In this document: one piece after another, positions 53,457-62,594 of the stretch
Position numbering within the stretch: the first letter of the stretch is position 1
Layout of the letters: each line of letters starts with the position of its first letter
Origin: Vicinamibacterales bacterium
GTDB lineage: Bacteria > Acidobacteriota > Vicinamibacteria > Vicinamibacterales > UBA2999
NCBI GenBank assembly: GCA_041394705.1
Contig: JAWKHS010000005.1
Coordinates: forward strand, 107,374-171,373
Reading direction: 5' to 3'
DNA length: 64,000 nt
Notes under the pieces: model-generated
Databases searched by the model: none
Seen by the model: only the letters and a program-made list of their open reading frames with translations
Told to the model about the DNA's origin: nothing
Program-made: the position numbers and the translations under genes

Positions 53457-55328
53457 ATGACGCGCGCCTTCCGTTCGCCCCGCCCGCTCCTGCCGGCCGT
53501 GGCCCTGGCCGCCCTCGGCGCCCTGGCCGCCGCCGCGCTCGACGCCCGCCAGCCGGCGCCGAATCCCGCCGACGGCTTCACGGTGCGGGACGAGATGATC
53601 CCGATGCGGGACGGCGTGAAGCTCTTCACCAAGATCTTCATCCCGAAGAACCAGGCGGGTCCCCTGCCGATGGTGTTCCGGCGGACGCCGTACGGCATCG
53701 ACGGCGCGGCGGGGTCCTTCGTGCGCTACTACAAGGCGCTCGTGGACGAAGGCTACATCTTCGTCTTCCAGGACATCCGCGGGAAGTTCCGCTCCGAGGG
53801 CACGTTCGTGATGCAGCGTCCGGCGCGCGCGCCCGGCGACACGACGAGCCTCGACGAGGGCACGGACACGTACGACACCATCGAGTGGCTCCTGAAACAC
53901 GTGCCGCAGCACAACGGGCGCGTGGGGATGCTGGGCGTCAGCTACGACGGCTGGACCACCATCATGGGCGCCGTAGAGCCGCACCCGGCGCTGAAGGCGA
54001 TCTCGCCGCAGGCCTCGCCCGCCGACATGTGGCTGGGTGACGACTTCCACCACAACGGGGCCTTCCGCCTGAGCTACGCGTTCGAATACGCCACGATGAT
54101 GGAGTCGGGCAAGGACGTCCAGCAGTTCAGCTTCGACCGCTACGACACCTACGACTGGTATCTCGCGCTCGGGCCGCTCTCGGCCGTGAACCGCCGCTAC
54201 CTCCGCGAGTCGATTCCCACGTGGAACGACTACGTGCGCCATCCCGACTACGACGAGTTCTGGAAGCGGCAGACGATGATCCCGCACCTGCGCTCGGTGC
54301 TGGTGCCGACGCTGAACGTGGCGGGCTGGTGGGACCAGGAGGACTTCTACGGGCCCATCACGATCTACTCGGCGCTCGAGAAGTTCGACACGGCCGGCAT
54401 GAACTACCTCGTCGTGGGACCGTGGAACCACGGCGGCTGGACGCGGGACGGCACGGCGCTCGGGCCCATCGGCTTCGGCAGCGACACCGCGGCCTACTTC
54501 CGCGACCAGGTGCAGGCGCCGTTCTTCGCCTACTTCCTGAAGGACAAGGGCACGCGCGACTTCCCCGAAGCCCTCACCTTCGAGGCCGGCGCGAATCAGT
54601 GGCGGCGCTGGTCGCAGTGGCCGCCCGTCAGGGAGACGAAGACGATGGGCCTGTACTTCGGCGCCGACGAGGCCCTGCGCCTGTCGGAAGCCGCGCCCGC
54701 CGGCGCGACGGGCTTCGACAGCTTCGTGTCCGACCCGGCGCACCCGGTGCCGTACCGCCACCGGCCCATCCAGGCGACGTACTTCCCCGGCGGCTCGAAG
54801 TGGTCCACGTGGCTCGTGGAGGACCAGCGCTTCGTGGACGACCGTCCGGACGTGCTCAGCTGGGAGTCGCCGGCCCTGACGGAGGACGTGACGATCGCGG
54901 GCGAGGTCGTGGCGAAGCTCTTCACGTCCACGACCGGCTCGGACGCGGACTGGGTCGTGAAGCTGATCGACGTGTATCCGGAGTCGCGGCCCGACGACTG
55001 GAGCCTCGCCGGCTACCAGCTCATGGTGTCGAACGAAGTGTTTCGCGGACGCTACCGCCGCGGCTTCGAGACGCCGGTGCCGATGACGCCCAACGCCGTG
55101 GAGCCGATCACGTTCAGCCTGCACACCCAGAACTACACGTTCAAGGCGGGCCACCGGATCATGGTGCAGGTGCAGAGCACGTGGTTCCCGCTCATCGACA
55201 GGAACCCGCAGACCTTCACGAAGAGCATCTTCGACGCCACCGAGAAGGACTTCGTCCGGGCCACACACCGCGTGTACCGCTCGTCCCGCTACCCGTCGCG
55301 GGTCGAGATACCCGTCGTGTCCCGCTGA
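53457..55328 (+). CDS. CocE/NonD family hydrolase (S15 X-Pro dipeptidyl-peptidase fold), exported
   Basis: 623-aa ORF with the signal MTRAFRSPRPLLPAVALAALGALAAAAL. Motifs: RTPYG, the nucleophile context GVSYDGW, and C-terminal jelly-roll-domain motifs (DVYP ... RGRYRRG ... HRIMVQVQSTWFP). TATACT lies 6 nt upstream of the ATG. Confidence 0.9.
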   Translation: MTRAFRSPRPLLPAVALAALGALAAAALDARQPAPNPADGFTVRDEMIPMRDGVKLFTKIFIPKNQAGPLPMVFRRTPYGIDGAAGSFVRYYKALVDEGYIFVFQDIRGKFRSEGTFVMQRPARAPGDTTSLDEGTDTYDTIEWLLKHVPQHNGRVGMLGVSYDGWTTIMGAVEPHPALKAISPQASPADMWLGDDFHHNGAFRLSYAFEYATMMESGKDVQQFSFDRYDTYDWYLALGPLSAVNRRYLRESIPTWNDYVRHPDYDEFWKRQTMIPHLRSVLVPTLNVAGWWDQEDFYGPITIYSALEKFDTAGMNYLVVGPWNHGGWTRDGTALGPIGFGSDTAAYFRDQVQAPFFAYFLKDKGTRDFPEALTFEAGANQWRRWSQWPPVRETKTMGLYFGADEALRLSEAAPAGATGFDSFVSDPAHPVPYRHRPIQATYFPGGSKWSTWLVEDQRFVDDRPDVLSWESPALTEDVTIAGEVVAKLFTSTTGSDADWVVKLIDVYPESRPDDWSLAGYQLMVSNEVFRGRYRRGFETPVPMTPNAVEPITFSLHTQNYTFKAGHRIMVQVQSTWFPLIDRNPQTFTKSIFDATEKDFVRATHRVYRSSRYPSRVEIPVVSR

Positions 55329-55371
55329 GAAATCCGCGCCGGCGGGCCCGTCAATCCGAATGGAGGGCGTG

Positions 55372-58356
55372 ATGATCGCGTGTCGAGTCGAAGCTCGCCT
55401 GGTCGCAGTGGTGGCGCTCGTCGCGCTGGCGACGAACGCGGGGGCCGAGCCCTCGACGGCGTCTTCGATGCCGTGGAAGGTCGGCAGGCCGGATGCGATG
55501 GCCGTCTCCGGCACGACCGTGTACATGGCCAGCCGCGGCGATCTCATCCCAAGGACGAAGGCCCTCGGGGGCTTCGGCGTGTTCGGCGCGGCGGAAGCAG
55601 TGGCCGATCCCGTCCCCGCGACGAACGGAGCAGTGGCGGCCATCATCGCCGACGGCGCCGGGGGCTGGTACATCGGGGGCACCTTCACGACGGTGGGCGG
55701 TGTGCCTCGGGCCGGTCTGGCGCGGGTGCGCGCCGACGGCTCCGTCGATTCGACGTTCGTCTGCAACGTCGCCGGCTCGGTCAACGCCCTCGCGTTGAAC
55801 GGAGCGAATCTGATCGTGGGCGGCGTCTTCACGACGCTCAACCTGGTGCCGCGCGCGTCGCTGGGCGTGATCAGCGCGACGACGGGCTTGGTCCTGAGCG
55901 CGGCTCCGTCGGTGACGGGCGGCGCGGTGAACGCGCTGTTGCTGTCGGGACCGACGCTGTACGTCGGCGGCGCGTTCACGATGGCCGGCGGACAGCCGCG
56001 CATCGGCATGGCCGCCTTCACGCTGGCGACCGGGGCGATCGTGGCGGGCTTCACGGCGAACGTCAGCTCGGGCCACGCCGTGCTCGCCCTCGCGCAGTCG
56101 GGATCCTCGCTGTTCCTCGGCGGCACCATGCTGACGGTGAACGGCGTGGCGCGCCCCAAGCTGGCCAAGGTCAGCCTCGCGACGGGGTTCGTCGATGCGA
56201 GTTGGAACGGTCTCGTGGACGACGCCGTGACCACGCTCGCCGTGGACGGGAACGCGGTGGTCGCCGGCGGAACCTTCACCACCGCCGGCGGGCAACCCCG
56301 CAGCCGGCTGGCCGCCCTCGACGCGGCGACCGGCGCGGCGACCGCCTGGCGCGCGGACACCGACGGCGATGTCAACCGGCTTCGCGTGGCCGGCGGAGTG
56401 GCGTACGTGGTCGGCACCTTCGACATGGTGTCGGGTCAGCGGCGGCAAGGCGCCGCCGCGATTACGGCCGCAGCGCCGGCGACCGTCCTGCCGTGGCAGC
56501 CGTCGCTGGCCAGGAGCGTCGTCACCCTCGAGGTCGCGGGGGGGCGGGTCGCCGTCGGGGGCACCGTCCTCCAGGGATGGGGCGCGGCGGCGCGGGGCAA
56601 CCTGGCGGCCATCGACCTGCTGACGGGCGACGTGCTCCCGTGGGCGCCCAAGGTCACGGGGGGCGTGACCTCGATGGTCGCCGCCGGCTCGCGGCTCGTC
56701 GTCTCAGGCGTCTTCACCGCCATCGATGGCGTCAACCGCAAGAACGTGGCGGCGTTCGACCTGACGACGCACGCGCTCCTGCCGCTGAGCCTGACGCTGG
56801 ACGGCCCGGTCTGGGCCTTGGCCGCCATCGGCGACACGCTCTTCCTGGCTGGCGATTTCACCGTGGTGAACGGCGCCTTCCGGATCCGGCTGGCCGCCAT
56901 CGACCTCGCCACTGGTGCTCTTCTGTCGTGGGATCCGCAAGCCGACTTGACGCCGTACTTCCTCATGGCGCGAGGAGACCGGGTCCTCGTCGGCGGATAC
57001 TTCACGTCGCTCATCGGCACGAACGGCTTCCAGGTGCGGCAGGGCCTCGGCGAGATCACGACCGGCGGAGCCGTGACGGCGTTCGACGTGGGAGCCACAT
57101 ACGGCGGCTCGACGGGCTATATCGGCGCCGCCGCCATCGCGGGAAGCCGGATGCTCGTGAGTGGGGACTTCACGGCACTCCAGGGCGCGCCGCGGCAGGG
57201 GCTCGCAGCGGTGGATGCGACCACGGGCGCCGTCCTTCCATGGGCGACCGCCGTCAGTACGCCGCCTGGCCAGCTCAGCGCCCGAGGGAACGACGTGTAC
57301 CTCGCGGGCCTGTTCACGTCGGTCGGCGGCCAGCCGCGGAACGGGTTCGCGAAAGTGGACGCCACGACCGGTGCGGTGTCGCCATGGGTGCCCTCGCAGG
57401 TCCCGTTGAGCGGTCAGTTCGTGCTCACGACAGAGTTCGGGGTGCTGTTCGTCGGCGATGTCCTCCTCGCCGACCGCCTCGCCTTCTATCCAGAGCAGGC
57501 GCTCGGTGGACCGCCGGGACCGCCGGTCCAGGTCAACGCGCGGACGGTGGGCGGCGTGCTGACGATGTCGTGGTTGCCGCCCATCATCGGGCCCCGTCCG
57601 AGCGCGTACGTGCTGGAGGTCGGCACGGGACCCGGCCTCGCCAACGTCGGGACCCTCGCGCTGGCCTCCACGTCGTTCACCATCGGCGGCGTGCCACCGA
57701 CCACGTTCTACGCGCGCGTGCGGGGAGTCAATGGCGCGGGCGCTGGCGCAGCGTCGCGCGATGTCGCCTTCACGGCCGGCGCGCCTTCGTGCACGGCCGC
57801 TCCGGAGGCGCCCTCGAAGCCATCGACGGTCGTGGCCGGCAACACCGTGATCGTCTCGTGGGCGGGTGAGCCCGGCTCCGCGCCCGCGAGCTACACCCTG
57901 CAGGCGGGCACGTCCAGCGGCCTCGCCAACATCGGCGCGATCCCGATCGGGGCCGCGACGTCGTTTTCGACCGGCGGGGTTCCCCCCGGCGCCTATTTCG
58001 TGCGCGTCGTCGGCGCCAACACCTGCGGACCGAGCCCCGCGTCGGCGGACGGCGTGCTCGCGGTCGGCGGCGCCGCTGGGCCGCCAGGCGCGCCGATCAA
58101 CCTGACGACCACGACGGCGCCGGGCTCCGTGTCGCTGTCGTGGACGACGTCCGCGGCTGGCGGCGCACCGGCAGGCCACCTGCTCGAAGCCGGCACCGGA
58201 CCGGGTCTCAGCAACCTCGCGGTCGTTCCGATCGGGCCGGCGACGTCATTCAGTGTGGGGGGAGTGCCGCCAGGGACGTACTACCTCAGGATTCGGGCCG
58301 TGAACGGCTCGGGCTCCAGCGCGACGTCCGGACTGGCGGTCGCCGTCGTTCCCTGA
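55372..58356 (+). CDS. large secreted repeat protein: about 14 beta-propeller blades (G-G-x-F-T...G...R...L-A...D...T-G) followed by three FN3-like modules
   Basis: I prefer the ATG at 55372, which has GGAGGG 6 nt upstream, over the track ATG at 55360. It gives MIACRVEARLVAVVALVALATNAGA as signal. A repeat of about 47 aa recurs about 14 times between 55675 and 57480 (GGTFTTVGGVPRAGLARVRADGSVD / GGAFTMAGGQPRIGMAAFTLATGA / GGTFTTAGGQPRSRLAALDAATGA ...). Three modules of about 90 aa at 57508-58353 share Y.L.aGTgpGL.N.g....atSF..GGVPPg.Y..R...vN..G. Confidence 0.8.
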   Translation: MIACRVEARLVAVVALVALATNAGAEPSTASSMPWKVGRPDAMAVSGTTVYMASRGDLIPRTKALGGFGVFGAAEAVADPVPATNGAVAAIIADGAGGWYIGGTFTTVGGVPRAGLARVRADGSVDSTFVCNVAGSVNALALNGANLIVGGVFTTLNLVPRASLGVISATTGLVLSAAPSVTGGAVNALLLSGPTLYVGGAFTMAGGQPRIGMAAFTLATGAIVAGFTANVSSGHAVLALAQSGSSLFLGGTMLTVNGVARPKLAKVSLATGFVDASWNGLVDDAVTTLAVDGNAVVAGGTFTTAGGQPRSRLAALDAATGAATAWRADTDGDVNRLRVAGGVAYVVGTFDMVSGQRRQGAAAITAAAPATVLPWQPSLARSVVTLEVAGGRVAVGGTVLQGWGAAARGNLAAIDLLTGDVLPWAPKVTGGVTSMVAAGSRLVVSGVFTAIDGVNRKNVAAFDLTTHALLPLSLTLDGPVWALAAIGDTLFLAGDFTVVNGAFRIRLAAIDLATGALLSWDPQADLTPYFLMARGDRVLVGGYFTSLIGTNGFQVRQGLGEITTGGAVTAFDVGATYGGSTGYIGAAAIAGSRMLVSGDFTALQGAPRQGLAAVDATTGAVLPWATAVSTPPGQLSARGNDVYLAGLFTSVGGQPRNGFAKVDATTGAVSPWVPSQVPLSGQFVLTTEFGVLFVGDVLLADRLAFYPEQALGGPPGPPVQVNARTVGGVLTMSWLPPIIGPRPSAYVLEVGTGPGLANVGTLALASTSFTIGGVPPTTFYARVRGVNGAGAGAASRDVAFTAGAPSCTAAPEAPSKPSTVVAGNTVIVSWAGEPGSAPASYTLQAGTSSGLANIGAIPIGAATSFSTGGVPPGAYFVRVVGANTCGPSPASADGVLAVGGAAGPPGAPINLTTTTAPGSVSLSWTTSAAGGAPAGHLLEAGTGPGLSNLAVVPIGPATSFSVGGVPPGTYYLRIRAVNGSGSSATSGLAVAVVP

Positions 58357-58387
58357 TCCCCTGCGCCCGGGCGGGCACAGGGACGGG

Positions 58388-59113
58388 TCACGGCCTTGGG
58401 GGGCGAATCATCGGCACGAACTGCACCGCCAGGCTGCGCTCGGTCGTGACCCCGGTGGACGTCTTCGTGAGGATGCGGAGTTCCTGGGCGCCGTAGACCG
58501 GGCCGACCGGCAGGATCATCGTGCCGCCGTCCTTCAGCTGGTCGACGAGCGCAGGAGGCACGGCTTCCGGCGCCGCGGTCACCACGATCCTGTCGAACGG
58601 CGCGTGCTCGGGCCAGCCCTGGTAGCCGTTGCCGGTCAGGACGTGGACGTGGCGGTACCCCTCGGCGGCCAGCGTATCCCGCGCCCGGTCGGCCAGGGCA
58701 GGCACGAGTTCGATCGTGTAGACCTCGCGCGCGAGTTCGCCGAGAACGGCCGCCTGGTAGCCCGAGCCGGTGCCGATCTCGAGCACGACGTCGTCCGGGC
58801 GGATCGCCAGCGCCTCGGTCATGAACGCCACGATGTAGGGCTGCGAGATCGTCTGACCGTGGCCGATCGGGAGCGGATGGTCGTCGTACGCCTCGGCCGC
58901 CACGGCGGCCGGCACGTAGCGATGCCGGGGGACGCGGGACATGGCGGCCAGGACCCGCGGATCGCGGATCCCCCTGGCGCGGAGCTGCCGGTCCACCATG
59001 CGGACCGCGTCGGCGCGGCGGTCCTGGGTGTCGCCCGCACCGGCGTCACCGCCGGGCGTGAGGGCCGACAGCGCCATCACCGGGCCCGACAGCCGCTGGA
59101 AGACGCGCCACAT
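58388..59113 (-). CDS. pcm: protein-L-isoaspartate O-methyltransferase
   Basis: Internal ATG at 59113, preceded by GAGGAGG. Motifs: RVPRHRYVP, DHPLPIGHGQTISQPYIVAFM, the SAM motif VLEIGTGSGYQAAVL, and DRIVVTAA. The 100-codon N-terminal extension of the track ORF is Arg/Pro/Ala-rich and unlikely to be real. Confidence 0.9.
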   Translation of the reverse strand: MWRVFQRLSGPVMALSALTPGGDAGAGDTQDRRADAVRMVDRQLRARGIRDPRVLAAMSRVPRHRYVPAAVAAEAYDDHPLPIGHGQTISQPYIVAFMTEALAIRPDDVVLEIGTGSGYQAAVLGELAREVYTIELVPALADRARDTLAAEGYRHVHVLTGNGYQGWPEHAPFDRIVVTAAPEAVPPALVDQLKDGGTMILPVGPVYGAQELRILTKTSTGVTTERSLAVQFVPMIRPPRP

Positions 59114-59322
59114 CGTCGGGGCCTCCTCATGGCCCCACACTACTCCCGATGCGGCCGGCCGCGCCGCACGGCGCCCCGCGCTGGAGGGCCTGCCGGCGGC
59201 GGCCTGCCGGATACCAGCTCTTGCGTACTGGCGCCGCCCGCAGTAGAACTCCGCAGGCGACGATGCCCGGCCCGCCCGGTCCCAGGGCGGTCCACGCGGC
59301 TGGACGCGGTGGTGGAGGTGGT

Positions 59323-62300
59323 ATGACGCGCACGAGACGGTTCGTTCTGGCACTTCTCGTGGCCGGCCTGAGCGTGGCCTGGCCCACGGCACAACAGCGG
59401 CCGGGCCCTTCACCGGACCAGTACGCGCGGCTCCACTGGCGGACCATCGGACCGGAAGGCAACCGCTTCTCCTCAGCCGCCGGCATCGCCGGCGATCCCT
59501 ACACCTACTACGTCGGGGCCGCGTCGGGCGGCGTGTGGAAGACGACCGACGGCGGCACCACCTGGGATCCCATCTTCGACGACCAGCCGGTGCAGTCCAT
59601 CGGCTCGCTCGCGGTGGCGCCCTCGGACCCGAACATCGTCTGGGCGGGTACGGGCGAGGGGAAGATCCGCAGCCACATCTCGCTCGGCCAGGGCATCTAC
59701 AAGTCCACCGACGCCGGGAAGACGTGGGCGCTCATGGGGCTGGAGCAGACCGGGCGCATCCCGCGCCTCGTGATCCATCCGACCGACCCCGACATCGTCC
59801 TCGCCTGCGCCCTCGGCCATGCCTATGGCCCGCAGCAGGAGCGGGGCGTGTTCCGGACGGCCGACGGCGGACGGACCTGGACGCGCACGCTGTTCACGGA
59901 CGAGAACGCCGGGTGCTCGGACATCGCCATGAACCCGAAGAACCCGCGCATCCTGCTCGCCGGGATGTGGACGCTCGAGATCCACACCTGGGGCCGCGAC
60001 AGCGGCGGCCCCGGCAGCGGGCTCTTCATGTCACGCGACGGCGGACAGACCTGGACGAAGCTGACGGGCGGCCGCGGCCTGCCCACCAAGCCGGTGGGCA
60101 AGGTGGCGGTGGCCATCTCGGCCTCGAACCCGCAGCGGATGTACGCCCTCATCGAGACCGGCGACGGCGTGCCGTGGAAGGGCCAGGAGACCGAGCGCGG
60201 CCAGCTGTGGCGATCCGACGACGGCGGCGAACGCTGGCAGGTCGTGAGCTACGACCACAACGCGATGGGACGCGCCCACTACTACTCGCGGATGGCCGTG
60301 GCGCCGGACGATCCCGACGAGGCGTACTTCCTCACGGCGTCCTTCTCGAAGAGCATCGACGGCGGCAAGACGCTCACGGTCCTCAGCCGCGGCGCCGGGG
60401 GCGACGCCATGGCCCCGGGCGGCGACCATCATGACATCTGGATCGATCCGACCAACGCGAATCGCCAGATCGTGGCGCACGACCAGGGCCTGTCCATCAC
60501 GGTGAACCGCGGCAAGACCTGGTACCGGCAGCGCCTGAAGAACGCCCAGATCTACCACGTCACCGTGGACAACGAGATTCCCTACAACGTGCTCGGCAAC
60601 AAGCAGGACGAGCCCACCTACCGCGGGCCCAGCAACAGCCGTCTCCAGGGCGGTTTCGGAGGGGACCCGGGCATCCCGCGCGCGATGTGGAACGCGGTCG
60701 GCGGCGGTGAGAGCGGCTGGGCCACGCCGGATCCGAAGAACTCGAACGTCGTCTGGTCGACGGCCTCCGGATCCGGCATGGTCGGCGGCATCGTGGTGCG
60801 CTTCGAACAGGATCGCCGCCAGTTCCGGAACATCGAGGTGTGGCCGGATCAGTCCAACGGCCCGGCGGAGGGCGTCCGGTACCGCTTCGTGTGGGACGCG
60901 CCGCTCCAGATCTCGCCGCACGACTCCAACACCATCTACGTCGGCAGCCAGCACGTCCACCGCACCACCAACGGCGGACAGAGCTGGGAGGTCATCAGCC
61001 CCGATCTCACGCTGAACGACCGAACGAAGATGGGCAGTTCCGGGGGACTCACGCCCGACAACATCGGCGTCGAGTACGCGGGCGTCGTCTACGGCATCGC
61101 CGAGTCGCCGAAGGTGAAGGGCCTCATCTGGGCGGGCACCAACGACGGCCAGGTGCAGCTCACGCGTGACAGCGGAAAGTCGTGGACCAACGTCACGAAG
61201 AACATCCCGGGCCTCATCTCGTGGGGCTCGGTGCGCAGCCTGGCGCCCTCGCGCTACGACGACGGCACCTGCTTCATCGCCGTGGACGGCCACCAGGCGA
61301 ACAGCCGCGACCCGTGGGTGTACCGCACGACCGACTTCGGCGCCACGTGGAGGCTCATCACGAACGGCCTGCCGAAGCACATGGTGAGCTACGCGAAGGT
61401 GATCTACGAGGACCCGGTGCGGCGCGGCCTGCTCTACCTGGGCACCGAGAGCGGCATCTACGTGACCTTCGACGCCGGGGACACCTGGCAGCCGCTGCAG
61501 AACGACCTGCCGCACGCGCCCGTCTCGGGCATCGTCGTGCAGGAGCACTTCAACGACCTCGTGATCTCCACCTACGGGCGCGGCTTCTGGATTCTCGACG
61601 ACATCACGCCCCTCAGGGCGATGACGCCCGAGGTGCTGACCCAGGCCGCCCACCTCTTCCCGGTGCGCCAGGCGTACCGCTTCCGCGGGATCACGGCGCC
61701 GTCCACGCCCTACGACGACCCGACCGTGGGCGAGAACCCCCAGTACGGCGCGGCCATCAACTACTACCTGAGCAAGCCCGTGAGCGGCGGCGGCACCGTG
61801 ACCATCGCGGACGCCCGCGGCCAGACGGTGCGGACCATGCGCGTGCCCGGCGGCGCCGGCCTGAACCGGGTCACCTGGGACCTCAGGTACGAGCCGACGA
61901 AGGAGATGCGGTTCAGGACCGATCCCCTCTACGGTCACGAACTGCCCCGGGAGAACGACGACACGCGCCCGCCCGCCGGCGGCGGCGGACGCATCACCAT
62001 CCTCGCGCCGCCCGGCGCCTACACCGTGAAGCTGAACATCGGCGGCCGCGACTACCAGCAACCGCTCACGGTGCTGAAGGACCCGCACTCGGGCGGCACG
62101 GAGGCCGACATCCAGAGCCAGACGACGCTCCTGCGCACGCTCGCGACGGGACTCAACTCCGGCGTGGACGCGGTGAACCAGCTCGAGTTCATGCGCAACC
62201 AGATCCAGGAGGTGCTGCGGACCTCGTCCGAGGCCGAGGTGAAGCAGATGGCCCAGAAGGTCCACGACGCGCTCACCGATCGGGAGATGAACCTCTACGA

Positions 62301-62556
62301 CCTCCGGATCACGGGCGGCCAGGACGGGGTCCGGTACGCCGCGAAGCTCCTGTCGCGGTTCAACTATCTCGCCAACGGCGTCTCCGGCAGCGACTTCAGG
62401 CCGACCGACCAGCACCAGGAGGTCGCCACGCTGCTCGCCGAGCGTCTGCAGGCGGAGCTCACGGCCATCAGGGGCCTCGTGGACAAGGACGTCACGGCCC
62501 TGAACGAGCTGCTCCGGCGCCACGCCGCCGGGCAGATCGTGACGAAGGCGCCGTAG
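59323..62556 (+). CDS. sortilin/VPS10-like BNR (Asp-box) repeat protein, exported
   Basis: Internal ATG at 59323, preceded by GGAGGTGG. The signal is MTRTRRFVLALLVAGLSVAWPTAQQ. There are at least 10 Asp-boxes (S/T-x-D-x-G-x-T-W): TTDGGTTW, STDAGKTW, TADGGRTW, SRDGGQTW, SDDGGERW, TTNGGQSW, TRDSGKSW, TTDFGATW, FDAGDTW. The product is 1077 aa. Confidence 0.85.
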   Translation: MTRTRRFVLALLVAGLSVAWPTAQQRPGPSPDQYARLHWRTIGPEGNRFSSAAGIAGDPYTYYVGAASGGVWKTTDGGTTWDPIFDDQPVQSIGSLAVAPSDPNIVWAGTGEGKIRSHISLGQGIYKSTDAGKTWALMGLEQTGRIPRLVIHPTDPDIVLACALGHAYGPQQERGVFRTADGGRTWTRTLFTDENAGCSDIAMNPKNPRILLAGMWTLEIHTWGRDSGGPGSGLFMSRDGGQTWTKLTGGRGLPTKPVGKVAVAISASNPQRMYALIETGDGVPWKGQETERGQLWRSDDGGERWQVVSYDHNAMGRAHYYSRMAVAPDDPDEAYFLTASFSKSIDGGKTLTVLSRGAGGDAMAPGGDHHDIWIDPTNANRQIVAHDQGLSITVNRGKTWYRQRLKNAQIYHVTVDNEIPYNVLGNKQDEPTYRGPSNSRLQGGFGGDPGIPRAMWNAVGGGESGWATPDPKNSNVVWSTASGSGMVGGIVVRFEQDRRQFRNIEVWPDQSNGPAEGVRYRFVWDAPLQISPHDSNTIYVGSQHVHRTTNGGQSWEVISPDLTLNDRTKMGSSGGLTPDNIGVEYAGVVYGIAESPKVKGLIWAGTNDGQVQLTRDSGKSWTNVTKNIPGLISWGSVRSLAPSRYDDGTCFIAVDGHQANSRDPWVYRTTDFGATWRLITNGLPKHMVSYAKVIYEDPVRRGLLYLGTESGIYVTFDAGDTWQPLQNDLPHAPVSGIVVQEHFNDLVISTYGRGFWILDDITPLRAMTPEVLTQAAHLFPVRQAYRFRGITAPSTPYDDPTVGENPQYGAAINYYLSKPVSGGGTVTIADARGQTVRTMRVPGGAGLNRVTWDLRYEPTKEMRFRTDPLYGHELPRENDDTRPPAGGGGRITILAPPGAYTVKLNIGGRDYQQPLTVLKDPHSGGTEADIQSQTTLLRTLATGLNSGVDAVNQLEFMRNQIQEVLRTSSEAEVKQMAQKVHDALTDREMNLYDLRITGGQDGVRYAAKLLSRFNYLANGVSGSDFRPTDQHQEVATLLAERLQAELTAIRGLVDKDVTALNELLRRHAAGQIVTKAP

Positions 62557-62594
62557 GGGCGGGGGCTCGGGGACCGGGGTGTGCGGGGGCGCGG

